Origin: an uncultured bacterium
GTDB taxonomy: Bacteria > Fidelibacterota > UBA2242
Assembly: GCA_964605705.1 (NCBI GenBank)
Contig: CAZSDW010000001.1
Span: 70,007 to 134,006 of the forward strand
Direction of reading: 5' to 3'
Length of the DNA stretch: 64,000 nt
Part shown: piece by piece, positions 32,947-41,584 of the stretch
Numbering within the stretch: position 1 is the stretch's first letter
How the letters are laid out: every line of letters starts with the position of its first letter
Position numbers and translations under genes: made by a program
Notes under the pieces: model-generated
What the model saw: only the letters and a program-made list of their open reading frames with translations
The model's database searches: none
Told to the model about the DNA's origin: nothing

Positions 32947-33199
32947 TTGTATGGAAGAACAACAGGCAATGAGTTGGCTGCGCCGATATACCGATGGGGT
33001 CTGTACAATCCTTCGTTATGTTGATTTAAATGAAAGTGATGCCGTTGAACTACTGCATGAAGCCAGAAATGCAGTGCTTCAACAATTCCCGGGAACCGAA
33101 AATCAGTATGCCATAATTTATGAGAGAAGGTATCGGAGAATTCTGGCGCGGCGGGGCATTTATCTGCCATTAAACGGTGAAGACACGCAGAGGAATTAA
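32939..33199 (+). CDS. Small hypothetical protein, translationally coupled on both sides
   Basis: ATG at 32939 lies within an ATGACTGA overlap with the upstream stop. Its TAA at 33197-33199 is 1 nt before the downstream ATG at 33201. Confidence 0.4.
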   Translation: MTDCMEEQQAMSWLRRYTDGVCTILRYVDLNESDAVELLHEARNAVLQQFPGTENQYAIIYERRYRRILARRGIYLPLNGEDTQRN

Positions 33200-33200
33200 T

Positions 33201-33776
33201 ATGATAAACAACAGAGAAAAAGCCTGGCGATTGCTAACGTCTTATACTAAAACGGACTCTCTAATCAGACACGCCTTGGCAGTTGAGGCGGCGATGCGGT
33301 ACTACGCGGGATATTTTCATGAAGATGTGGAGTACTGGGGAATTGTCGGACTGTTGCATGATTTTGATTATGAGCGTTTCCCGAATGAAGAAAATCATCC
33401 TTTCCGCGGCAGTGAAATTCTGGAAAAAGAGGGTTATCCTGAAGAGATGCGGAGAGCAATCATGGGACACGCCAGCTATACCGGCGTTCCCCGGGATACA
33501 CTTCTGGCAAAGACACTCTTCGCAGTGGATGAACTTGCGGGATTCATTATGGCGGTTGCCCTGGTTCGTCCCTCAAAGAGTATTCTTGATGTCAGCCCAA
33601 AATCGGTGAAGAAAAAATTCAAAACCAGAGCCTTTGCCGCCAAAGTCAATCGGGAAGAAATTCAGCTGGGCATCCAGGAATTGGAGGTTGATGAAACGGA
33701 GCACATCCAACGGGTAATCGATGCCCTTAAGCCGATAGCAAAAGAGATTGGGCTAGAAGGAATTGATATTTCATAG
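33201..33776 (+). CDS. HD-domain phosphohydrolase
   Basis: …IVGLLHDFDY… H-D motif region. AGAGGA RBS 7 nt upstream of ATG 33201. Confidence 0.65.
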   Translation: MINNREKAWRLLTSYTKTDSLIRHALAVEAAMRYYAGYFHEDVEYWGIVGLLHDFDYERFPNEENHPFRGSEILEKEGYPEEMRRAIMGHASYTGVPRDTLLAKTLFAVDELAGFIMAVALVRPSKSILDVSPKSVKKKFKTRAFAAKVNREEIQLGIQELEVDETEHIQRVIDALKPIAKEIGLEGIDIS

Positions 33777-33918
33777 TCTCTGGATTTGTTAAACCCATTT
33801 ATTTTGGTTAATATAGCACCGGAAATTACCCTGTTCAGATAAATTTAGAGAACGGTGAACAGGTTAATATAAATTTTTTCTCTAGTTAGGAGAGAAACTG
33901 AAATTTCAAGAGCAGGCT

Positions 33919-36432
33919 GTGGACTGCTACTCATTTATTGAGCGGGAAATATTACCCGTTGTTGAAAAGCCGGGTCGCTATACGGGTAACGAGATCAATG
34001 TTCATAACAAAGATTTCGACGGTGCCGATGCCAGGATTGCATTAATATATCCCGATTTATATGATGTTGGCATGTCCTATTACGGTTTTCAGATTTTATA
34101 TCATCTGTTAAACCGGGAACATGAGATTGTCGCCGATCGGGCTTATGCGCCCTGGACGGATTTTGAACAACAACTTCGTAAAAATTCGATACCGCTTTAC
34201 GGCTTAGAAACCAAAACCCCGCTGAATAAATATGATGTTCTGGGGTTCACGCTGCCCTATGAACTGACCTATACTAATATCCTTAATATACTCGATCTTT
34301 CGCATGTGCCGGTTTTCTCAAAAGATCGCAGCGAGGCGGACCCAATCGTGATAGCCGGGGGCAGTAACGCCTACAATCCCGAACCGTTGGCAGATTTCAT
34401 CGATATTTTTCTGGCGGGAGATGGCGAAGAAATCATTGCACCGCTGGTTAGGTATATCGGAAAACTGAAAAGAGAAAACTGTCAGAGGGACGATCTACTT
34501 AAAAAATTGATTGCTGAATTTGAAGGATTGTACATACCCCGATTTTACAAGCACAAACCGCAGTCAGCCGATGGAATGATGGTGGCAATACCAACCGAGG
34601 ATGGAATACCGAAAAAAATAAAAGCCTTGCGTATTTCAAGCCTGAAGCCCGAATATTTTCCGGAAAAACCAATTATTCCGCTGATTGAAATTACCCAGGA
34701 TCGGCTGGTGGCAGAAGTCATGCGTGGTTGCACCCAGGGCTGCCGTTTTTGTCAGGCGGGTATGATTTATCGCCCGGTTCGGGAGCGATTGCCTCAGGAC
34801 CTATGCGAACAAATTGAAAAATCGCTTGAGGTGACGGGCTACGAAAATGTCTCCTTACTGTCATTGTCATCTTCGGATTATTGTGGAATAGGAGAATTGA
34901 TTGCCGGGATTTCACAATTCCTGGATGATAATAGTATTGGGCTGTCACTTCCCTCCATGCGCTTGGATAGTTTTTCAGAGTCAATTGCCTATATCGCTCA
35001 AAGAACCAGAAAGTCAGGACTGACGTTTGCCCCGGAAGCCGGATCTGAACGTCTGCGTCGGTCAATTAATAAAAATATTACTGATGAAGACCTGATGAAA
35101 TCCGTCGATATTGCCCTGAAATACGGCTGGCGCTCTATAAAGCTTTATTTTATGCTGGGACTGCCGACCGAAACCGATGAGGATATTGAAGGAATTGCCC
35201 GTCTCACAAAGGCTGTTTTAGAGAGAAGCAAGAAACGGTTGTCGATCAATATTACTTTGTCCACGTTTGTGCCGAAGCCCTTTACACCGTTTCAGTGGGA
35301 AGCCCAGAATCAGCCACAAGATATCCAGCGAAAACTGGATTTAATCAAGAGTGAATTGCGCAAGTTTAAGCAGGTAAAGATTATGGCACGGGACCCGTAT
35401 TATTCGCAATTTGAAGGGTTCATTTCAAGGGGTGATCGGGCTGTGTCGCAGGTGATTTATGATGCATGGAAAAACGGGGCTAAATTTGATTCATGGCGGG
35501 AACTGCTTAACCGCGATGCTTGGGATCGGGCATTTGAGAAAAATGGCTTGAATGTCGAACATTATACGGGAAAAAGAGATGTTGAAACGGCGTTAGCCTG
35601 GGAGCACATTGATGCGCGGATTACAAAAAAATTTTTATTGAGTGAACGGGAAAAAGCCTATCGAGATCAAAGCACGATAGATTGCCGGGCTTATTGTATT
35701 GCTTGTGGCGTGTGTGGTCCGGATGATCTGTTTATGAATCTGGTAGAGATAAAGGAGCCCGTTTTTCCTAATCCTGTTGAAAAGCAGGACGGGACAAATG
35801 TTCCGGAAATAAAATATCGGCTCAGATACAGCAAATTGAATGGGACCCGGTTTATATCCCATTTGGATACGCTGCATGTATTCCGGCAGGCAATGCGGCG
35901 AGCCAAACTGAGCTTATCCTTTACGCGGGGATTTAATCGTCGTCCGAAAATATCTGCCGGCTACCCGCTTCCTCTCGGATATAGCTCTCTTGATGAATAT
36001 ATCGACATTGTATTGAACGCTGAGGCGGAAAACATTGTTGAGCGCCTGAACAGTGAATTGCCCAAGGGTATTCAAATAATCAGTGCCGAAACCGTACCCC
36101 TGAAATCACAATCCCTGTTTTCACAGGCAACCGGATTTGATTATGAAGTCCAGTTTTCGCAAATATTGCCGGACACGATTGCGCCACGGATTGATGCGAT
36201 TTTAGCACAGGAAGAGTTGCCAGTTGAATGTAATCGAAAAGGTCACTCGAAATTGGTGAATATTCGGGAATTCATCCGGAACATTAAAAAAACAGGCGAT
36301 CATACGCTTCTTCTGTCATTGAGCGTGCTGGCGGGACAAACCGCTCGTCCCGGTGAAGTATTATCGCATTTGAAATTAGATACTGCGTGGACTATTTGTC
36401 GCAGTAAGACATATTTAAAACCAATGAATTAG
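33919..36432 (+). CDS. B12-binding radical SAM protein (TIGR03960-type) fused to a DUF2344 C-terminal domain
   Basis: CTQGCRFCQAGM CxxxCxxC. N-terminal cobalamin-binding-like region. 837 aa. Classic neighbour of rng-rplU-rpmA. Confidence 0.75.
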   Translation: MDCYSFIEREILPVVEKPGRYTGNEINVHNKDFDGADARIALIYPDLYDVGMSYYGFQILYHLLNREHEIVADRAYAPWTDFEQQLRKNSIPLYGLETKTPLNKYDVLGFTLPYELTYTNILNILDLSHVPVFSKDRSEADPIVIAGGSNAYNPEPLADFIDIFLAGDGEEIIAPLVRYIGKLKRENCQRDDLLKKLIAEFEGLYIPRFYKHKPQSADGMMVAIPTEDGIPKKIKALRISSLKPEYFPEKPIIPLIEITQDRLVAEVMRGCTQGCRFCQAGMIYRPVRERLPQDLCEQIEKSLEVTGYENVSLLSLSSSDYCGIGELIAGISQFLDDNSIGLSLPSMRLDSFSESIAYIAQRTRKSGLTFAPEAGSERLRRSINKNITDEDLMKSVDIALKYGWRSIKLYFMLGLPTETDEDIEGIARLTKAVLERSKKRLSINITLSTFVPKPFTPFQWEAQNQPQDIQRKLDLIKSELRKFKQVKIMARDPYYSQFEGFISRGDRAVSQVIYDAWKNGAKFDSWRELLNRDAWDRAFEKNGLNVEHYTGKRDVETALAWEHIDARITKKFLLSEREKAYRDQSTIDCRAYCIACGVCGPDDLFMNLVEIKEPVFPNPVEKQDGTNVPEIKYRLRYSKLNGTRFISHLDTLHVFRQAMRRAKLSLSFTRGFNRRPKISAGYPLPLGYSSLDEYIDIVLNAEAENIVERLNSELPKGIQIISAETVPLKSQSLFSQATGFDYEVQFSQILPDTIAPRIDAILAQEELPVECNRKGHSKLVNIREFIRNIKKTGDHTLLLSLSVLAGQTARPGEVLSHLKLDTAWTICRSKTYLKPMN

Positions 36433-36446
36433 ATTGGAAAGATTTC

Positions 36447-37988
36447 ATGGAAAAACAGATTTTAATTAGTGAAACAGCTAAAGAGACCCGCATTGCCATT
36501 CTTGAAGATGGCGACCTGGTTGAGTTCTTTGTTGAAAAGCCCGAACGCAATCGCATGATGGGGAGTATTTATAAAGGAAAAGTAGAAAACGTCATTGATG
36601 CGATCCAAGCTGCTTTTGTGGATATTGGATTCCAGCAGAATGCGTTTTTGCCTTTTTCGGAAATGGATAATCACGCTGGTGTCGCTTCAATGATCGAGAG
36701 TATGGTCAGGGAGAGCGACACCCAAAGTGAGTCCCGGGGTCGGCGCGAAAAATCGCGTGTAAGTTCTCCCGCGGGCTTAAAAACAGGGCAGGATATTCTG
36801 GTTCAGGTCATCAAGGAGCCCTTTGCCCAGAAGGGTCCGAGAGTCACAACGGATCTTTCGATTCCGGGCAGATTTCTGGTGCTGGTTCCGAATGTTGATT
36901 ATGTCGGAATATCGAAAAAGATAACGACCAGAAGTGAAAAAAGCCGCCTGCGTAAAATCGCGTATGATTTAAAGCCCAAGAACTTTGGTTTAATCATTCG
37001 AACGGTTGCCGAGGGACAGGACGAAAAGGTTCTGAAAAATGATTTAAATAATCTGATTCAGAGTTGGTCTGACCTGGAAGCTTCCGTCAAAATTAATCCG
37101 GCACCGGTTTGTGTGTATAAAGATATGGAGATTACTGCAACAGTCATCCGTGATCTGTTATCCCCGGATATTGATAGGATTATCGTTGATTCGAAGTCAT
37201 TATATCGGGTCTTACACGCCTATATTAAAAGTGTCTCTCCACAGTTTGTTAAAAAAATTAGTTATCACAGTGCCCGGAATCCCCTCTTTAATGAATATAA
37301 TGTGGAAAAAGAGTTTGAAAAATCGTTGAATAAAAAGATCTGGCTGAAAAGCGGCGGCTTTATTGTCATTGAACATACCGAGGCAATGGCGACAATTGAT
37401 GTGAATAGTGGAAAGTTTATTGGAAAAAAGGATCACGAGAAAAATTCCCTGAAAATAAATTTACAGGCAGCCAAAGAAATTGCCCGGCAGCTGAGATTAA
37501 GAGATATCGGTGGGCTGATCGTGATTGATTTTATCGACATGGAAGAACAGGAAAACAAAAAGAAAGTTTTCCAGGATTTGAAACGCGCCCTGTATGCCGA
37601 TCGGGCAAAAGTGGCGCTTTCTCCGATTTCAGATTTTGGACTGCTTGAAATGACCCGCCAAAGAACTCGTGTAAATCTCTTACATAGTGTCAGCGAAGAA
37701 TGTCCCCTTTGTCATGGTTCCGGTAGAATATCATCCAAAGAATCGGTAGTAACCAAGATTGAAGGATGGATTAGGCGCTTCAAAGTCAATTCGCGATCCA
37801 AGCGCCTGACAATTCACCTGCACCCCGATATGATCGAATATCTGCGGGTATCGACCAATAACCTGATGCGTAAAATCCAGTGGAAGAATTTTCTGCGAAT
37901 AAAAATTGTCGAAGATAATTCTATACCAGTTGATGATTTTAAGGTGTTTCTGGCGAAGACCGAGAAAGAAATCACGGACCAATATTAA
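36447..37988 (+). CDS. rng: Ribonuclease G/E family endoribonuclease
   Basis: S1-domain N-terminus GSIYKGKVENVIDAIQAAFVDIG. DNase-I-like core. CPLCHGSG zinc-link. 513 aa. Confidence 0.85.
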   Translation: MEKQILISETAKETRIAILEDGDLVEFFVEKPERNRMMGSIYKGKVENVIDAIQAAFVDIGFQQNAFLPFSEMDNHAGVASMIESMVRESDTQSESRGRREKSRVSSPAGLKTGQDILVQVIKEPFAQKGPRVTTDLSIPGRFLVLVPNVDYVGISKKITTRSEKSRLRKIAYDLKPKNFGLIIRTVAEGQDEKVLKNDLNNLIQSWSDLEASVKINPAPVCVYKDMEITATVIRDLLSPDIDRIIVDSKSLYRVLHAYIKSVSPQFVKKISYHSARNPLFNEYNVEKEFEKSLNKKIWLKSGGFIVIEHTEAMATIDVNSGKFIGKKDHEKNSLKINLQAAKEIARQLRLRDIGGLIVIDFIDMEEQENKKKVFQDLKRALYADRAKVALSPISDFGLLEMTRQRTRVNLLHSVSEECPLCHGSGRISSKESVVTKIEGWIRRFKVNSRSKRLTIHLHPDMIEYLRVSTNNLMRKIQWKNFLRIKIVEDNSIPVDDFKVFLAKTEKEITDQY

Positions 37989-37990
37989 AC

Positions 37991-38019
37991 TTGACAAATC
38001 TTATGGGATTATCTAAATT
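37991..38019 (+). promoter_or_regulatory. Sigma70-type promoter TTGACA-N17-TAAATT upstream of rplU
   Basis: TTGACA at 37991-37996. -10-like TAAATT at 38014-38019. Confidence 0.4.
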
Positions 38020-38055
38020 TGCAAGCCATATTGAAATTCAACTTTAGAGAGATAT

Positions 38056-38448
38056 ATGAACACTGAAATGTATGCAATCGCCGATGTTGCCGGCGATCAG
38101 GTGGTTCTGGAAACAGGAAAAAAAGTAGCAGTACCCAAATTGGATATTGAAGCGGGCAAGAAATTTATGGTTGATTCCGTGCTTTATCTTAGAACCGGAG
38201 ACACTGTAAAAATTGGCAATCCGACTGTCAAAGACATTCAGATTGAGACAGTTGTCGTTGAGCAAAAACGTCTGCCAAAGGTTATTGTATTCAAAAAGAA
38301 ACGCCGCAAGGGTTATAAGGTTAAAAAGGGTCATCGCCAACCATATACGCTGCTGGAAGTAAAGGGCATTCAGACAACCAAGAAAGCTAAATCCAAGACC
38401 AAAACAGCGATAAAAACAGCCGAGCCGGAAGCAGCAGAGAAAGAATAG
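38056..38448 (+). CDS. rplU: 50S ribosomal protein L21 (with Lys/Ala-rich C-terminal extension)
   Basis: MYAIADVAGDQ…LEVK L21 core. 130 aa. Confidence 0.9.
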   Translation: MNTEMYAIADVAGDQVVLETGKKVAVPKLDIEAGKKFMVDSVLYLRTGDTVKIGNPTVKDIQIETVVVEQKRLPKVIVFKKKRRKGYKVKKGHRQPYTLLEVKGIQTTKKAKSKTKTAIKTAEPEAAEKE

Positions 38449-38460
38449 GAGCGACTAACA

Positions 38461-38712
38461 ATGGCACATAAAAAAGGTGTAGGTAGTTCTAAAAACGGGC
38501 GCGATAGCAACGCAAAGCGTCTGGGGGTGAAACGTTATGGTGGAGAACAGGTAACCGCAGGATCGATTATTGTTCGTCAGCGCGGAACCCGTATTCATCC
38601 CGGCAGCAATGTTGGTAAAGGCAACGATGATACGTTGTTTGCGCTGGTTGATGGCGTTGTCTCTTTTGAGAGAAAAGGTCGCGACAAAAAAATAGTCAGC
38701 ATATTGAATTAA
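38461..38712 (+). CDS. rpmA: 50S ribosomal protein L27
   Basis: [24 protein letters not shown]… canonical L27. Confidence 0.9.
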   Translation: MAHKKGVGSSKNGRDSNAKRLGVKRYGGEQVTAGSIIVRQRGTRIHPGSNVGKGNDDTLFALVDGVVSFERKGRDKKIVSILN

Positions 38713-38714
38713 GC

Positions 38715-38775
38715 AAATCCCGCAATTTTTATATAGGGGAAACCCACTTTCCCCCTTTCGGTTGCGGGATTTTTA
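38715..38775 (+). terminator. Nested-hairpin rho-independent terminator (bidirectional)
   Basis: aaatcccgcaa (38715-25) pairs with ttgcgggattt (38762-72). Inner ggggaaa…tccccc hairpin. T-tract follows. Confidence 0.8.
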
Positions 38776-38896
38776 TCTTCTGACAAATATATTCTCCAAT
38801 AAGTTCCGAAATAATCCTGTCAATAAACAGGAACGGTTTAGCCGGTAAGGAAATCTAGTGAAGCAAATATTGGGGAATTACCTGATATCAATTGAG

Positions 38897-39664
38897 TCAT
38901 AAAGAATTAAGCCAAATCAAAGTTTTATTCAATTCGTTTGCGTTTCTCAGGTAATATTGAGCGGCAGTCTTTCTGCCGATGTTTTCTCTCAGTAAAATGG
39001 AATAGCCATGCAGATTTGCCTCACGGAATGCCGGCTCATCACTAAGCTCTGCTCCAAAGTAACATACAACCGGTGCCTGACCACTAACTCCGGGCAGCAG
39101 TTCAATAATTTTGTGAACTGCCATTTGTTTGTTGAATTGGGTTTTCGGATAGACACAAATGCTGTTCTGGTGCCAGGTGGCGCGCAGCAGGGTTTCTTGC
39201 AATGCCTGTCGTAGCAGTTGTTGTATTTGACGGGATATTAAAAGATTTTCCGGATTGACGGTAATGTTTAATTCAACCCCCAATAATTCGGCATTTTTTT
39301 GAGTCCAGGCTGGTCCGATTTCCATTTTAATTAATTGGAAGATATTTTCAATATGCTGTTGAATCGTACTGATCTGGGGGAGTGTCCAGGAAAATTGCAA
39401 ACTGTCAATTTCACAGCCACCACTGCCGGCTAAAATCAGTAAGCGCTGTGTAAATAATTTTTTTAATTGATTGAGCGGACGGCGGCTGATAATACCGGCA
39501 TATGCGCCAGCCACTTTGGATAAACCGGAAATTTTGTCGATCATGTTCATATAATTGTCGCCGGAGCCGTGAACAATATCGTCAAAATTAAAAAGAAAAC
39601 AGTGTTGTCTTTTCTTGGAAATTGTTTTTGTGAGTTGGGGGATTAATTTGAGGAATGGTAACAA
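38897..39664 (-). CDS. Haloacid dehalogenase, subclass IIB (HAD-IIB) (trehalose-phosphatase family)-like protein, divergent catalytic motifs
   Basis: …LILAGSGGCEID… and C-terminal …YFGAELSDEPAF…AAQYYL resemble OtsB motifs III/IV, but DxDGT is degenerate (NFDDIV). Confidence 0.4.
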   Translation of the reverse strand: MLPFLKLIPQLTKTISKKRQHCFLFNFDDIVHGSGDNYMNMIDKISGLSKVAGAYAGIISRRPLNQLKKLFTQRLLILAGSGGCEIDSLQFSWTLPQISTIQQHIENIFQLIKMEIGPAWTQKNAELLGVELNITVNPENLLISRQIQQLLRQALQETLLRATWHQNSICVYPKTQFNKQMAVHKIIELLPGVSGQAPVVCYFGAELSDEPAFREANLHGYSILLRENIGRKTAAQYYLRNANELNKTLIWLNSL

Positions 39665-39802
39665 AATGTTTTTATACGATGGATAATTTTATGTAAAGCA
39701 CATTTTAAGACAATAATTGTGACAAATATAATAAATGTGGATTACAGGCTTGTCTCTAAAAGCGGAAGCCCGACCAGCGAACTGATCGGGCATTCGAATT
39801 CG

Positions 39803-40018
<216 letters not shown>

Positions 40019-40132
40019 TCATAAACTTGAGGATAGACAACAGTCCCGAGACATTACTTTTTATAAATTAACTTGAATTCCGTAGATTACAGACGATTTT
40101 TTAAACTAAACTAATTTGGAACAGGAATTGAG

Positions 40133-41530
40133 ATGACAGACAAGATCAATGAAACACTGAGAGACAAAAAGGGTGCTCGATGGGGCGCTTTGGCGATTGT
40201 TGCTTTTACCATGTTCGCGGGCTACTTCTTAGCGGATGTGATGGCACCGCTTCAGGGAATGCTTGAAAAGCAGTTACACTGGAGCAGCACTGATTATGGT
40301 TGGTATACAGGCGCATATGGCTGGTTTAATGTTTTCCTGTTTTTTCTGATCTTTGGGGGGATTATTCTTGATAAAATGGGCGTCCGTTTTACGGGACTGA
40401 CGGCTGCATGTGTTATGGTGGGAGGTACGGCAGTTAAATTCTGGGCGATCAGCACTCATGCTCTCGACGGTATTAGCTGGCGCATTCTCTTCTGGACTTT
40501 TCCGGCACAGGTTTGGTTTGCTGCTCTGGGATTTGCTATCTTTGGAGTTGGCGTTGAGGTAGCGGGCATTACGGTATCTAAAATAATTGTAAAATGGTTT
40601 AAAGGTCATGAATTGGCGTTGGCAATGGGCTTACAACTGGCAATTGCCCGGCTTGGCACCGCCCTAGCACTTTCAACATCTTTGCCGGTTGCCAAGGCTT
40701 TTAATAATGTGTCGGCGCCAGTGTTAATTTGCTTAATTATGTTATGTATCGGAGTGCTGGCATTCTTTGTCTATACTGTTAATGATAAAAAGCTTGATAA
40801 ATCTGTTGCTATTTTCAATGAGCAAAATCAGTCACATGCCGAAGATGAATTCCATCTCAAAGATATTGTCAGTATCGTTAAAAATAAGGGATGGTGGTAT
40901 ATTACTATTCTTTGTGCGTTGTTTTACTCAGCTGTCTTTCCGTTTCTGAAGTATGCAACCTATTTTATGGTCAATAAATTTGGGGTGGCAGAAAGCTGGG
41001 CTGGAGTCATTCCCGGATTATTACCTTTCGGGACGATTTTATTGACGCCCTTTTTTGGAAATCTGTACGACCGCAAGGGCAAAGGCGCAACAATTATGAT
41101 TATCGGTTCCCTTTTAATTATTTTGGTTCATTTTCTTTTCGCTGTTCCAATCCTGAATCACTGGCTGATTGCGATTTTTCTGATGATTGTTTTGGGAATT
41201 GGTTTTTCGCTGGTCCCGTCAGCAATGTGGCCTTCGGTTCCTAAAATTATTCCGGAACGCCAATTGGGATCCGCTTATGCCCTTATTTTCTGGGTTCAGA
41301 ATGCTTGGGCGCTGATGTTTGTTCCGGCATTAATTGGCTGGGTACTTGATAAATACTGTGTAACCGGCACGATAGTGTTAGATGGTCAGTCGCTTACGAC
41401 GTATAATTATACGTTGCCGATGATTCTTTTCATGACCTTTGGAATAACAGCCCTGATTTTTGCTTTTTTACTCAGAATTGAAGACAAGAAAAAAGGTTAC
41501 GGTCTGGAACAGCCGAATATCGCCAAATAG
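40133..41530 (+). CDS. Major facilitator superfamily transporter
   Basis: 12 predicted TM segments. 465 aa. Confidence 0.7.
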   Translation: MTDKINETLRDKKGARWGALAIVAFTMFAGYFLADVMAPLQGMLEKQLHWSSTDYGWYTGAYGWFNVFLFFLIFGGIILDKMGVRFTGLTAACVMVGGTAVKFWAISTHALDGISWRILFWTFPAQVWFAALGFAIFGVGVEVAGITVSKIIVKWFKGHELALAMGLQLAIARLGTALALSTSLPVAKAFNNVSAPVLICLIMLCIGVLAFFVYTVNDKKLDKSVAIFNEQNQSHAEDEFHLKDIVSIVKNKGWWYITILCALFYSAVFPFLKYATYFMVNKFGVAESWAGVIPGLLPFGTILLTPFFGNLYDRKGKGATIMIIGSLLIILVHFLFAVPILNHWLIAIFLMIVLGIGFSLVPSAMWPSVPKIIPERQLGSAYALIFWVQNAWALMFVPALIGWVLDKYCVTGTIVLDGQSLTTYNYTLPMILFMTFGITALIFAFLLRIEDKKKGYGLEQPNIAK

Positions 41531-41584
41531 ACCATTTTTCTCAATATATAAACACCTTCCGATGGCAAATAATTGGGTGCGTTT

